Shown: piece after piece, positions 41,589 through 54,109 of the stretch | How the letters are laid out: each line of letters opens with the position of its first letter | How positions within the stretch are numbered: position 1 is the first letter of the stretch | Assembly: GCF_006345805.1 (NCBI RefSeq) | Contig: NW_021831861.1 | Coordinates: 1,573-65,572 of the forward strand | Origin: Octopus sinensis | Lineage: Eukaryota | Reading direction: 5' to 3' | Length of the DNA stretch: 64,000 nucleotides | Notes under the pieces: model-generated | What the model was told of the DNA's origin: nothing | What the model saw: the letters and a program-made list of their open reading frames with translations, nothing else | The model's database searches: none | Position numbers and translations under genes: made by a program

Positions 41589-41836
41589 TGCATGTATACA
41601 GACATATATGTCACAGTAACATAAGATGCACGAGCGTAAACAAACAAAACTGACGTAACATTTTAAAATGTCTACATATACATACCTATATATATTTATA
41701 TGTACACCGGTGTAAGCATATAAATGTGAAACAAGGTGGAAAAGAGTGCTCAAATACCAGAGGTAGAGTAATATTTATATGTATGTATATTTATGTGTAT
41801 TTATATATATATATGTATTGTATGTATGTATGTAGG

Positions 41837-41868
<32 letters not shown>

Positions 41869-41870
41869 TG

Positions 41871-41928
<58 letters not shown>

Positions 41929-41980
41929 TATTATATATAATATATATATATATATATTATATATATATAATATATAATAT

Positions 41981-42158
41981 ACCGGAGTAAACACATAAAT
42001 GTGAAACAAGGTGGAAAAAAGAGTACACAAATACCAGCAGAAAATTCAACAAAACCTGTTACTCTGAGTTTCACGTTGCCGTTCATCGGACAGTTTTTGC
42101 AACGTGAAACTCAGCAGAGTAACAGGTTTTGTTGAATTTTCTGCTGCTTTAAATAAAG
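41981..42158 (-). mobile_element. Family H3 element with fold-back and a variant minimal hammerhead-like motif at 42062-42093
   Basis: Minus strand CUGU-CCGAUGA-ACG-GCAA-CGU-GAAAC-UC-AGAG. An inverted partial copy lies at 42099-42158. (TA)n on both sides. Confidence 0.6.
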
Positions 42159-42190
<32 letters not shown>

Positions 42191-42382
42191 CAAATAAGAA
42201 AATGGAAGTGGTTCATCAACTTTTGGATGATGTTAACTTATTTATTTATTAAAATAATAATTACAATAACATACATACATATAGCATATTATTCTTTACA
42301 TATAAGGTATAAGATATAAAATATAGTAATATATAAGGATACCAGTAATTATTATAAAAAACATGAATATAAATTGGTAAAA

Positions 42383-42509
42383 TAACTTACAGCCGTTTCA
42401 GCCAATAGATAAAAATATCTCATTCTACCTTTATTACCCATGTGGATTGACGTAATATGTAGATGAACATGAGGTACTTGTATATATCGCAAGGCTTCGT
42501 CAGAGACTA
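42383..42509 (-). ncRNA. Type I hammerhead motif with ~90-nt stem II loop (family H5) in a TA-flanked element at about 42190-42570
   Basis: UAGUCU-CUGACGA-AGCC...GGCU-GAA-ACGGCUGU-A-AGUUA. Near-palindromic stem III, GUA site. Confidence 0.55.
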
Positions 42510-42687
42510 TAAAGTACAAATGTTAAGTTATAATAATAAATGTAAATATAAATATAAAATAAACAAAATACACACACAGTTGAATATATATATATACATA
42601 CACACACACGCATATATATATATATAAATATATATTGTATTTCGGAATGGTCATTTTGCCAGTTTAGCCAATATATATATATATATA

Positions 42688-43280
42688 TTAATCAATTTAG
42701 GGTAGCAAAAAATTCAGTAAAAATTTATCGCTACCAGCGGCCTAGTGGAAAAGAGAAATAGTCAAAGACTAAATATATATAAATATAACAATTTAGGAAT
42801 GGCCTAAACAGGCCATTCGTCCACCAGAAAGAGCAGCCAGAACTCAAACCGCCAAGTAGTGCAATTCGGAAATAAGGTGAAAATTTAAAAAACGTTTACC
42901 CAATTCATCTTTTATACGATGCATCGTTTCGGTGTTTTTAATGATAGACCAGCTTAATTAAATAAATTAAGCTAGTCTACCATAGGTCACACTTCATCAG
43001 TAAAAGAAACCTGGGAGAGAGACGAATATACACGAGGCGACTGTATCATGCCTCGGGAATATCTGTCTTTAAAATTTTCAAGACCAACGCATTCGCGCCA
43101 ACTTATCGGCAGCAAATATAAACTGCCGATTCAATCTCAGAATTAGTCAGAAAATTATCAATTAATCAATTTAGGGTAGCAAAAAATTCAGTAAAAATTT
43201 ATCGCTAACCAGCGGCCTAGTGGAAAAGAAAAATAGTCAAAGACTAAATATATATAAATATAACAATTTATAAATTGTTA
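42688..43280 (-). mobile_element. Retrozyme-like or pseudo-LTR-like element: 474-bp unit plus ~105-bp terminal direct repeat, in (TA)n
   Basis: atcaatttagggtagcaaaaaattcag... recurs at 42691 and 43165. It contains the hammerhead at 42908-43007 and ends in a small fold-back ataacaattta/taaattgttat. Confidence 0.75.
42908..43007 (-). ncRNA. Complete type I hammerhead ribozyme (family H6)
   Basis: UCUUUUA-CUGAUGA-AGUGU-[19-bp hairpin]-ACACC-GAA-ACGAUGCAUCGU-A-UAAAAGA. Perfect 7-bp stem I, canonical core, 12-nt palindromic stem III. Predicted cleavage between 42915 and 42914. Confidence 0.82.
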
Positions 43281-43294
43281 TATATATATATATA

Positions 43295-44328
43295 TAATAA
43301 TAATAATGTTCGTCCTTCGGTTCGAAGATGACCAACTGACATCATCTGATGGAACTGCCGCCATGAGACCGGAGGTGGCTGGTGAGGCCAATCCGGGCAA
43401 GGAAGCCCCTCCCACAGGTGGGGCAGAAGTGGGTAGGGGCAGTGCTACTGGTGCAGGCGGCTCTGACTTTACGCATCTGACGTTTCTGCTCCGCTGACCG
43501 AATCCGTCCCTCCTCGGCTGTCCCTGCTCCCAACGGTGTGCGCTGCGCCAGGATGAGCGGTTGGCAGCAAGTGTCTCCCAGGTCTCTGTTCCGATGGAGA
43601 AGTCTTGAGAGAGACCTTGAGACTATCCTTGTAGCGCTTTTTCTGCCCTCCGACTTTGCGCCCTGCCCTGGCCGAGTTCACCGTAGAAGAGCTGTTATGG
43701 ATGCGAGTGTCAGACATGCGGGAGACGTGGCCCGCCCATCTCAGCTGGGCCTTGCGCATGATTGTGATGGTGCTAGGGAGATCTGCTGCTTCAGAATTCC
43801 GTGTCTGGGACTTTGTCCTGCCAGCGGATGTGAAGGAGATTCCGAAGACACCTGAGATGGAAGTGGTTTATCTGGCGCTCGTGCCTTCGGTAAGCAGTCC
43901 ACGTCTCGCAGCCGTATAGTAGAGTGGTAAGCACGCTGCCCGTAGACTTTCAGACTTCAGCTTGGTGTTGAGGCTGATTCCTCTCCGCTCCCAGACTTTC
44001 TTTCGCAGTCCCCAAAACGCGCTGCTTGCCTTGGAGATTCTGTTGATGGTTTCAGCATCTATGTTGGCATTGCAGGAGAGAGTGCTGCCCAGGTAGGTGA
44101 AGTTTTCCACCACTCGTAGATCCGTCCGTTCACCCTTATCTGAGGCTCATGGTATTGTTTGCCGGGGGCTGGCTGAAACATCACTTCGGTTTTCTTTGCA
44201 CTGATGGTGAGACCGAAGTTGTCACAGGCTGATGAGAACCTGTCCATCTCGAGCTGCATCTCCTGCTCATCGATTGCATTAAGGGCGCAGTCGTCAGCAA
44301 AGAGAAAGTCTCTGACGACTGTCTCCCC
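43295..44328 (-). mobile_element. 5'-truncated RTE-clade (BovB-like) LINE, frameshifted
   Basis: RT motif DFLFADDCAL, then FTYLGSTLS, RINKASSAF-like, QLRWAGHVSRM, GGQKKRYKDSLK, a C-terminal CPTCGRGFLARIGLTSHLRSH finger and an (ATT)n tail. Confidence 0.92.
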
Positions 44329-44750
44329 ACACACACACTCATTGAATCAGGTACAGATGTATTTATACACAAACACTGTTGCTCTTACAAACACTCAACA
44401 ACAAACGCACACAAATACATATATATATACCGTGGCAGTCTGTCGGTTACCGTGACGCAGGTTCCTGTTGATCCGATCAACGGAACAGCCGGCTCGTAAA
44501 ATTTATATGCATGTGACTGAACACATGCAAAGAATAAGTCCTGGGATCGAAGTCCTGGTTTACAAAGAATAAGCCCTGGGATCGATTTGCTCGACTAAAA
44601 GGCGGCTCTCCAGCGTGGCTGCAGTCAAATGACTGAAACAAGTAACAGAATAACAGAATTAAAGAATACTTCATGCGACCCACAACCGCTGCTCCGTTTC
44701 CAAATTCCGTACCAGCGACCAAAATTTCCATTATACTCCTAAGTAGATAA

Positions 44751-45526
44751 GGCGGCGAGCTGGCAGAAACGTTAGCACGTCGGGCGAAATGCTTAGTCGT
44801 ATTTCGTCTGCCGTTACGTTCTGAGTTCAAATACCGCCGAGATCGACTTTGCCTTTCATCCTTTCGGGGTCGATTAAATAAGTACCAGTTACGCACTGGG
44901 GTCGATATAATCGACTTAATCCATTTGTCTGTCCTTGTTTCTCCTCTGTGTTTAGCCCCTTGTGGGTAGTAAAGAAATAGGTATTTCGTCTGTCGTTACG
45001 TTCTGAGTTCAAATTCTGCCGAGATCGACTTTGCCTTTCATTCTTTCGGGGCCGATTAAATAAGTACCAGTTACGCACTGGAGTCGATATAATCGACTTA
45101 ATCCATTTGTCTGTCCTTGTTTGTCCCCTCTGTGTTTAGCCCCTTGTGGGTAGTAAAGAAATAGGTATTTCGTCTACCGTTACGTTCTGAGTTCAAATTC
45201 CGCCGAGGTCGACTTTGCCTTTCATCCTTTCGGGGTCGATTAAATAAGTACCAGTTACGCACTGGGGTCGATATAATCGACTTAATCCATTTGTCTGTCG
45301 TTGTTTGTCCTCTCTGTGTTTAGCCCCTTGTGGGTAGTAAAGAAATAGGTATTTCGTCTGTCGTTACGTTCTGAGTTCAAATTCCGCCGAGGTCGACTTT
45401 GCCTTTCATCCTTTCGGGGTCGATAAATAAAGTACCTGTTCCGCACTGGGGTCGATATAATCAACTTAATCCCTTTGTCCTTGTTTGTCCCCTCTATGTT
45501 TAGCCCCTTGTGGGCAGTAAAGAAAT
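44751..45526 (+). mobile_element. SINE family B tetramer
   Basis: Bodies at about 44799, 44980, 45164 and 45348. Target duplication tcctaagtagat at 44737-44748 and 45533-45544. Confidence 0.85.
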
Positions 45527-45590
45527 ATATAATCCTAAGTAGATTAATTTTATAATCTTCCGTTATACTTGATAGTTTTATGAATTGCTA

Positions 45591-46877
45591 CGAGGGACGT
45601 TCAATAAGTAATGCCTCTGACCCACTTGCAATTGTTTGATCTAGCTGAAATTTTGCATGTGCAATCATTGATATCTCTATAGATTAAGTGGCAAATTACA
45701 GCTCTGAATTAATTGTGGTTTCTGATTTACAGGTGTTTGAACCGAGTCAAGTGTGAAATGGAGCCTGTTGAGTGTCGAGCAGTGATCCGGTTTTTGTATT
45801 TGAAAGGACGCACACCACGGGAGACTTTTGATGAAATGAAAGTAACTTATGGTGATGATGCCCCATCACATGACCTTGTAAAACGCTGGCATCGTGAATT
45901 CAAACATGGTCGGAACTCTGTGGAAACAGCTCCCAGATCTGGTCGCCCCCTTCTGCCATTGATGAGGCATCTGTCCGTCAAGTTGAGGCTGCCATTTTGG
46001 AAGATCGACGCATTATTCGCCAAATAGCCCATGAGGTAAAGATTAGTACCGGGTCAGTGGAAACTATCATTCATGACCATTTGCATATGGCAAAAGGTGT
46101 GCCAGATGGATTCCCAGGTTGCTCACGCCTTTCCAGAAGCAAGAACGCGTCGAGTGCTCGAGGGTGAATTTGGAGATGTGCCAAGAGATGAGTCAAAATT
46201 TTTCAAAAGACTGATTACACAGGATGAAACCTGGTCCATCACGATGATCCAGAGACCAAATCCCAGTCAATGCAGTGGAAGCACCGTGACTCACCCCCTC
46301 CAAAGAAGGCAAGGGTGCAGCCCTCCGCTGGCAAGGTCATGCTCACAGTCTTCTGGGACCAGGACGGAGTAGTGAGGACAGATTTCCTAGCAAAGGGTAC
46401 CACAATTGCAGGAGCCTATTATGCTTCACTTTTGAGGAAATTAAGAGAAGTTATCAAAATCAAGAGGCGGGGCAAGATCAGCAAAGGCATCCTCCTCCTG
46501 CAGGACAACGCTCCGGTCCACAACTCGCTTGTCGCCAGATCAGAAGCACAGGCGTATGGCTATGAACTCCTCCCCATCCCCCCCCTTACTTCCTGACCTT
46601 GCACCCTCTGATTTTCACCTCTTCCCAATCATGAAGTTGTTTTTGAAAGGAAAGCGTTTCCCAGATGATGCAGCCTTGATTTCTGAAGTCACGTTGAGGT
46701 TGGAGGACCAAGCTGGGTTCTTCTACAAAAACGGTCTCCAGAGCCGCATCAAACGACGGGAGAAATGCGTAACTCTGGGTGGTTCATATGTAGAAAAAGA
46801 CTAATAACTGTGCCAAGTTTCGTTGCTCTACTGCTATGGGAAGTGGGTCAGGGGCATTACTTATTGAACGCCCCTCG
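45591..46877 (+). mobile_element. Full-length mariner transposon (1287 bp) with frameshifted D,D34D-type transposase (45758-46804)
   Basis: TA target duplication. 37-bp terminal inverted repeats cgaggg(a/g)cgttcaataagtaatgcc(t/c)ctgacccactt. Motifs ITQDETW, LLQDNAPVH and PDLAPSDFHLF. Confidence 0.95.
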
Positions 46878-47039
46878 TACCAACGATTTTACTTTCAAGA
46901 AGTGTGTCGTATTTATGTTAAACTAAATGGAGGGCATTTCTGGAACTATGAGAAGAAAATGGCATGCAACGTTTTGGCTAGAAATCGAACCAGTTTCGCC
47001 AGCTTGGCTGGATAGAATGTTATCGTTGTTCTTAGTCTC

Positions 47040-47960
47040 CTGTGATTTTCTTCCTTTGTTTCGTTCTTTTCTTCTCTCTTTCACTTTCTCCCAGCTCTTT
47101 CCCCGGCACTCTCCCACCTTTTCCTCGCTTTTCTCTCTCTCTCCCTCTCTCTTCCTCCTTCTTTCTCTCTTTCTCTCTGTCTTTGTCTCCTCCCATCTCT
47201 CTTTCTCTCTCTCTTTTCTCTGCTTCCCTCTCACCTCTCTCTCGTTCTCTCTCTCTCTCTCTCTCTCCTCTCTCTTTCACTGTCGCTCTTCTGCCCACCT
47301 CTGTCTCTCTTTCTCATCCTCCCCTTCATTGACTCCCTTCTTATCTCTCTTCCTCTTTCTTTCTCTCTTTTTTCTCTCTTCCTTTCCCTCTCCTCTCCCT
47401 CTTCCTCTCTCTCTGTTTTCTCTCTCCCTTTCTCTGTCTTTCTCTTTCTCTCCCCCATTGTCTCTATTTGAATCTTTTTGCCACCACCTTTCTTTCTCCC
47501 ATCTCTCACTTTTCCTCTCTCTCTCCCTCTCTCTCTCCCTCTCTCTCTCTCCCTCTCTCTCTCCTTCCATCTCTCTCCCTCCCTCTCCCTCTTTCTCCCT
47601 CCCTCTCTGTTTCGCTCTCTTTTTCTCTCTCTCTTTGTCTCCTCCCATCTCTTTTTCTCTCTCTTTTCTCCGTTTCCCTCTCACGTCTCTTTCGTTCTCT
47701 CTGTCGCCCTTCTGCCCACCCCTCTCTTTGTTTTCTCATCCTCTCATTGTCTCCCTTCGTATCTCTCTTTGTCTTCCTTTCTCTCTTTCTTTCTCTCTTC
47801 CTCTCCCTCTCCTATCTCTCTTTCCCCTTCCTTTCTCTGTCTTTCTCTTCCTCTCCCCCATTGTCTCTATTTGAATCTCTTTGCCACCTCCCTTCCTCTC
47901 TCCCAACTCTCACTTTTCCTCTCTCTCTCTCTCTCTCTTCCTCCCTCTCCCCTCCCTCAA
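47040..47960. repeat. ~0.9-kb CT-rich polypyrimidine low-complexity tract with internal duplication
   Basis: Directly visible. The motif cccccattgtctctatttgaatct..ttgccacc occurs twice. Confidence 0.9.
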
Positions 47961-48205
47961 ATAACCCTGTCGGTCGCTCTCAATGAAACTACTTTGAATC
48001 AGTCCAGGTATTTCAACACATGCTCATTTTTAGTTCCTGATATCAATACGATCTCCTAACTTCCTTTTCAAAACCATCTTCTCTTTCTCTTTTTTAATTC
48101 TGGCTGTTTTCACTGATTTATGAACCCTACTCCCCAACTCATTCACCTTTTTCTTAACTTTCTTTCTTTCATATTTCCTGTTTATAAATTCCCCCCTCAC
48201 CCCCT

Positions 48206-48273
<68 letters not shown>

Positions 48274-48301
48274 ACTATCTATCTATCTATCTATCTATCT
48301 A

Positions 48302-48334
<33 letters not shown>

Positions 48335-48376
48335 GTATCTATCTGTCTGTCTGTCTGTCCGTCCGTCTGTCTGTCC

Positions 48377-48411
<35 letters not shown>

Positions 48412-48463
48412 CGTCCGTCCGTCCGTCCGTCCGTCCGTCTGTCTGTCTGTCTGTCTATCTATC

Positions 48464-48529
<66 letters not shown>

Positions 48530-48580
48530 CGTCCGTCCGTCCGTCCATCCATCCATCCATCTATCTATCCATCTATCTAT

Positions 48581-48633
<53 letters not shown>

Positions 48634-49333
48634 GTTTCATTTTCTCTCCCGTTCGCTCTGCGCTTCGTATTTTATGCAAAAGAGGCGTTCCCTCTTAATT
48701 AGTTGGTCGTTAGCTTCCACTTATCTCCCTTTTCCTTTCCCATTTCTCTAATTCTTTTCCTCCTCCTCTTCATAACTACTTCTCACTCTCTCCCTCGACT
48801 TCTACTCTCTCTCTTTCTCGTTAGGTCATGAAACGTTTGAGTAAACAGTTAAACAGGTAGGCTCCATCATTTCCGTTCCAGGCAAATTTAGAATAAGTTT
48901 ATTACTAATATAAATAAGAGTCAAGAAAGAGAGCTGTCAGAATCGTTAACGCGTCGCTCGAATTGTTTGGCGGAGTTTTTTTTCCGGTACTTTACATTCT
49001 GAGTTCAAATTCCTCTCAGTTCGATTTTTGCCTATTCATCCTTTCAGGGACGAAAAAAAATAGGTACCAGTTCAGTACTGGAGTTAATGTAGTTGACTAG
49101 CTCCTCTGACAAAGTCTCAGTCTTTTTGCTTATACCCTTTCACTCTTTTACTTGTTTCAGTCATTTGACTGTGGCCATGCTGGAGCACCGCCTTTAGTCG
49201 AGCAAATCGACCCCAGAATTTATTCTTTGTAAGCCCAGTACTTACTCTATCGGTCTTCTTTTGTCGAACCGCTAAGTTACGGGGACGTAAACACACCAGC
49301 ATCGGTTGTCAAGCGATGTTGGGGGGATAAACA

Positions 49334-49453
<120 letters not shown>

Positions 49454-49618
49454 ATATATATACACGACGGGCTTCTTTCAGTTTCCGTCTACCAAGTCCA
49501 CTTACAAGGATTTGGTCGGCCGGAGGCTATAGTAGAAGACACTTGCCCAAGGTGCCGCGCAGAGGGACTAAACCCGGAACCATGTGGTTCGTAAGCAAGT
49601 TACCACACAGCCACTCCT

Positions 49619-50003
49619 GGGATGGAAGCACTTCGTCGGTTACGACGAGGGTTCCGGTTGATCCGATCAACGGAACAGCCTGTTCGTGAAATTAACGTGT
49701 AAGTGGCTGAGCACTCCACAGACACGTGTACCCTTAACGTAGTTCTCGGGGATATTCAGCGTGACACAGAGAGTGACAAGGCCGGCCCTTTGAAATACAG
49801 GTACAACAGAAACAGGAAGTAAGAGTGAGAGAAAGTTGTGGTGAAAGAGTACAGCAGGGATCACCACCATCCCCTGCCGGAGCCTCGTGGAGCTTTTTAG
49901 GTGTTTTCACTCAATAAACACTCACAACGCCCGGTCTGGGAATCGAAACCGCGATCCTACGACCGCGAGTCCGCTGCCCTAACCACTGGGCCATTGCGCC
50001 TCC
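49619..50003 (-). mobile_element. tRNA-derived SINE family C, tail variant 2, nested in the head of a family A SINE (49141-50020)
   Basis: Head ggaggcgcaatggcccagtggttagggcagcggac...ggtttcgattccc. 14-bp target duplication acacagccactcct at 49605-49618 and 50004-50017. A second copy lies at about 52885-53255. Confidence 0.88.
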
Positions 50004-51428
50004 ACACAGCCACTCCTATGGTAAAAACAAAAAACAAAAAAAGAGAAGTGTATAAATAAGTGTAGTGTATCGGACTACACTCATTATATTTAGTTAAAAG
50101 GTATGAGTTCAAATCTTGCCAGAACCGAGTTTGTTTTTTTCCTTTTTTTTTTATCTCTCTCCGTTTCTATGAAAATATTCTCTGGTTTTCCGATTCCATA
50201 CGCTTCGCTAAAATAAGAAAAGAAAAAAACTGAAGTCGATCTTTTTCAATTAGAACCCTTCAAAGCGACGCCTCTGAGTGACCTTGAAGGGTTTTAGTGC
50301 CTGCAACACGTAATAAAAAAGAAGAACCAAAACCGGTAATCAGAAGTAGGATCTATTTTGAAATTACTACGCCGTTAAGTGTGTGAAACTCATTCCTTCG
50401 TAGTGAAGCATGTTTAATCTTATAAAGCATCGTCGTTTCTGTTAAGTCATTTCCATGAAATATTTAATATCAACAGTATAACATGTATTTTACGTGTGTC
50501 TTCTTTCAGTTGCTCGTAATCCTTAGGAACATCAAAGGAAACCTAATGAAACGGCAGTTTAATAATTCGTTCTATATCTGTCTGTATGCGACCAAGAACT
50601 AAAAAAGATATCTAGTAGGGCTTTTTTTCGTAGATCCCTTTAGCATCTCTTGCGCAAAAATAGTACAGATGTTGTTGAGTGTAAGGGTAAAAAAAGCAGA
50701 CAACATTTTTGTGCTGTAATTATCTGTAGTTCAACACCGACAGCTTCAATTACAATATTATCTGTGTGTGTATGTGTGTGTATACGTGAAAGGGAGAGGG
50801 CCAAGAGAGAGAGAGAGAGAGAGAGAGAAAGTGAGACTGGAGTGTGTGTGCATGTGTGTACGTGAAACGGTGTGCATATGCGTGAAGGTGTGTACATTAT
50901 ACGAAAAACACTCGCTTTTAATTTGGTATTAGTTTCTATCGACCTATCAATTACTTCAGCGTTATCGGTCATATCATTCCACTAATTAACGAAAGTTTTT
51001 TAACGAAATTTTTAAAAACTTAACGAAATATATTTCAGACGCCATTTTTTTTTCCAAAGTTCCGCATTATTTACAAAAGCCTATCTTACTTCCGGGGATA
51101 TAATATTTCTCTCATAAGCTCTCTATTTGACCTTTATTCTGTGTGATATACCATCTGTTCATGGCAATGTTGTTTGGTGGTTACACTTTCCCTGTATTTT
51201 GTATTCCTAGTTAAACAGAACATGGAGTTGAACTGAATCTCTTTGTGCCAACACTTTGAAAGCAATACTTGAGTTACCAGTGACCAGCGTACACCAGAAA
51301 TACTTAACGCCATTTATTTCAGTCCTATAAGTCCAAATTCCACTGAGTTCGGCTTTGTATTTCTTCTTTTTGGGGGTTAACAAAATAAGAACGGAGTACT
51401 GCGGTCGATATAATCAATCAAAACGGAA

Positions 51429-51840
51429 GGCGGCTAGCTGGCAGAGACGTTAGCGCGCCGGGCAAAATGCTTAGCGGTATTTCGTCTGCCGTTACGTTCT
51501 GAGTTCAAATTCCGCCGAGGTCGACTTTGCCTTTCATCCTTTCGGGGTCGATTAAATAAGTACCAGTTACGCACTGGGGTCGATATAATCGACTTAATCC
51601 GTTTGTCTGTCCTTGTTTGTCCTCTCTGTGTTTAACCCCCTGTGGGTAGTAAAGAAATAGGTATTTCGTCTGCCGTTACGCTCTGAGTTCAAATTGCCCC
51701 GAGGTCGACTTTGCCTTTCATTCTTCGGGGTCGATAAATTAAGTACCAGTTACGCACTAGGGTCGATGTAATCGACTAAACCCCTTTGTCTGTCCTTGTT
51801 TGTCCCCTCTATGTTTAGCCACTTGTGGGCAATAAAGAAA
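51429..51840 (+). mobile_element. SINE family B dimer
   Basis: Target duplication ataatcaatcaaaa at 51410-51423 and 51840-51853. Confidence 0.85.
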
Positions 51841-54109
51841 TAATCAATCAAAATGAAAGAGCATATCCTTGTCTTATGCGTGAATTTTCTCTTTGTTATT
51901 GTGTCGTCTTTCAGTTCAGTTTTTAAATCTTATATATGGCTCAGTGGTTAGGGAATCGGGTTCACAATCACGAGGTAGTGAGTTCGATTTTCGTGGGTGT
52001 TGTATTCTTGAGCAAGGCATTTTATTTCACGTTGCTCCTGTTCACTCAGCTGTAGGAAATTAGTTGCGATGTCACTGGTGCCTAGTTGTATCGGCCTTTT
52101 GCCTTTCCCTTGATAACAGCGATGGCGGGCAGAGGGGAGGTTGGTATACATGGGTGACTGCTAGTCTTCCATAAACAACCTTACTCGGAGGAAAATTGTC
52201 TAGGTGCAATCCCACGGTCGTCTTTACTCTTTTGGCAATTCAAAGTCTTGTACACCTACAAGATACAAGGTGGGTGGGTATTCTTAATTCATAACTGAGT
52301 TTATCCACCCCATTGCTTGACCTATTCCATATTTATCGACCCCGAAAGGATGAAAGGCAAAGTCGACCTCGGCCGAATTTGAACTCAGAACGTAACGGCA
52401 GACGAAATACGGCTAAGCATTTCGCCCGGCGTGCTAACGTTTCTGCCAGCTCGCCGCCTTACACTGGTTATTTATTGAAACCAAACTAACTTCTTTTTTT
52501 TTTTTGTGCCAGAAATTTTTTTAGAAGGTTATTAGCCCTTTGAACGTGGAAAGCAGATATATTCGCTCGAAATTTTATTACCGGTAACTGCGGAAGGTAG
52601 TTAATGGCGTATATGTGACTAAGATTACAACACACGCCATCCACCCTGAAACGTGACGCCGATCCGTCGCAGGACTAACTTCCCAGCTTATTGCTAGGAC
52701 TCATTTTAGCCATTTGAGTGGACTGGAGCAACATGAAATCAAGTGTTTTGCTCGAGGACTAAAAACACTGAACATTGCCTGGTCCTGGAGTCAAAACCAT
52801 GATCTTACAATCGTAAGTGCAACATTATAACCACAAGGCCCAGTGCCATTCTATTATCCTGCTTGTACAGGTGGTGGCGGTGGTGGATGGAAGCACTCCG
52901 TCGGTTTCGACGACGAGGGTTCCGGTTGATCCTGCTCGTGGAATTAACGTGCAAGTGGCTGAGCACTCCACAGACACGTGTACCCTTAACGTAGTTCTCG
53001 GGGATATTCAGCGTGACACAGAGAGAGACAAGGCCGGCCCTTTGAAATACAGGTACAACAGAAACAGGAAGTAAGAGTGAGAGAAAGTTGTGGTGAAAGA
53101 GTACAGCAGGGATCACCACCATCCCCTGCCGGAGCCTCGTGGAGCTTTTAGGTGTTTTCGCTCAATAAACACTCACAACGTCCGGTCTGGGAATCGAAAC
53201 CGCGATCCTACGACCGCGAGTCCACTGCCCTAACCACTGGGCCATTGCGCCTCCGCAATGGCGGTGGTAGAGGTGGTGGCAACAAATTGAGACGATGCTG
53301 CTCACAACTTTTACATTTTTCTTCCAAAATATCAGCATTCTACAAACATCTGTTTTACACATTAAACAGAAAGCACTCACGTTGCAGATTTCAAAATATT
53401 GTATAAAGTTGCGTGCGTAGGAGGCGGGGGATTGTATAGGAGGGATTACATATCTGGTCCCAATGTTTCTGCATCTGTCAGAAGTGAAAGCACGTGGATT
53501 AGAAGTTAAGGGTATTCGACTCACGATCGTGATGTCGTGAGTTCGATTCCCGGCGGCGGGTTGTGTCCTTGAGAGTGACATTTTATTTCAAGTTGCTCCA
53601 GTCCATTGGAATCTCCCTGAAAACTACGTTAAGGGTACGCGTGTCTATGGAGTACTCAACCACTTGCACGTTAATTTCACGAGATAGCTGTTCGGTTAAT
53701 CGGATCAACTGGACCACGCGTCGTCGTAACCGACGGAGTGCGAGATTTTTATGTATATCTCCGAATGTGTTGTTGTGGAGGGGGATAAGTCGATTACATC
53801 AACCGCATTACTTGACTGGTACTTTATTTTATCGACCCTGAAAATATGAGAAGCAAAGTTGACCTTGGTGAATTTGAACCCAGAACGTAAATAATCAGAA
53901 GAAATGCCACTGAGCAGTTTGTTCGATACACTAACGGCTCTGTCAGCTCGCCCCCTTAAGTTTTCGTTTAGTTCCAGAATCCTTGGGGTGCGACGGTCCC
54001 CGTGAACGTAGTTGATCCCCGCCGCCGATGCAGACGCGGACACGATCGCGGCCACGAGTACGAGGACGTCCGGTAGCGGAAGCAAGACAAGGAGCGCGAG
54101 CACGATTGC

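Noticed and set aside
46927-48059. 315-aa and other Ser/Leu/Phe-rich or Arg/Glu-rich ORFs
   Set aside because: They are translations of the CT-rich low-complexity tract.
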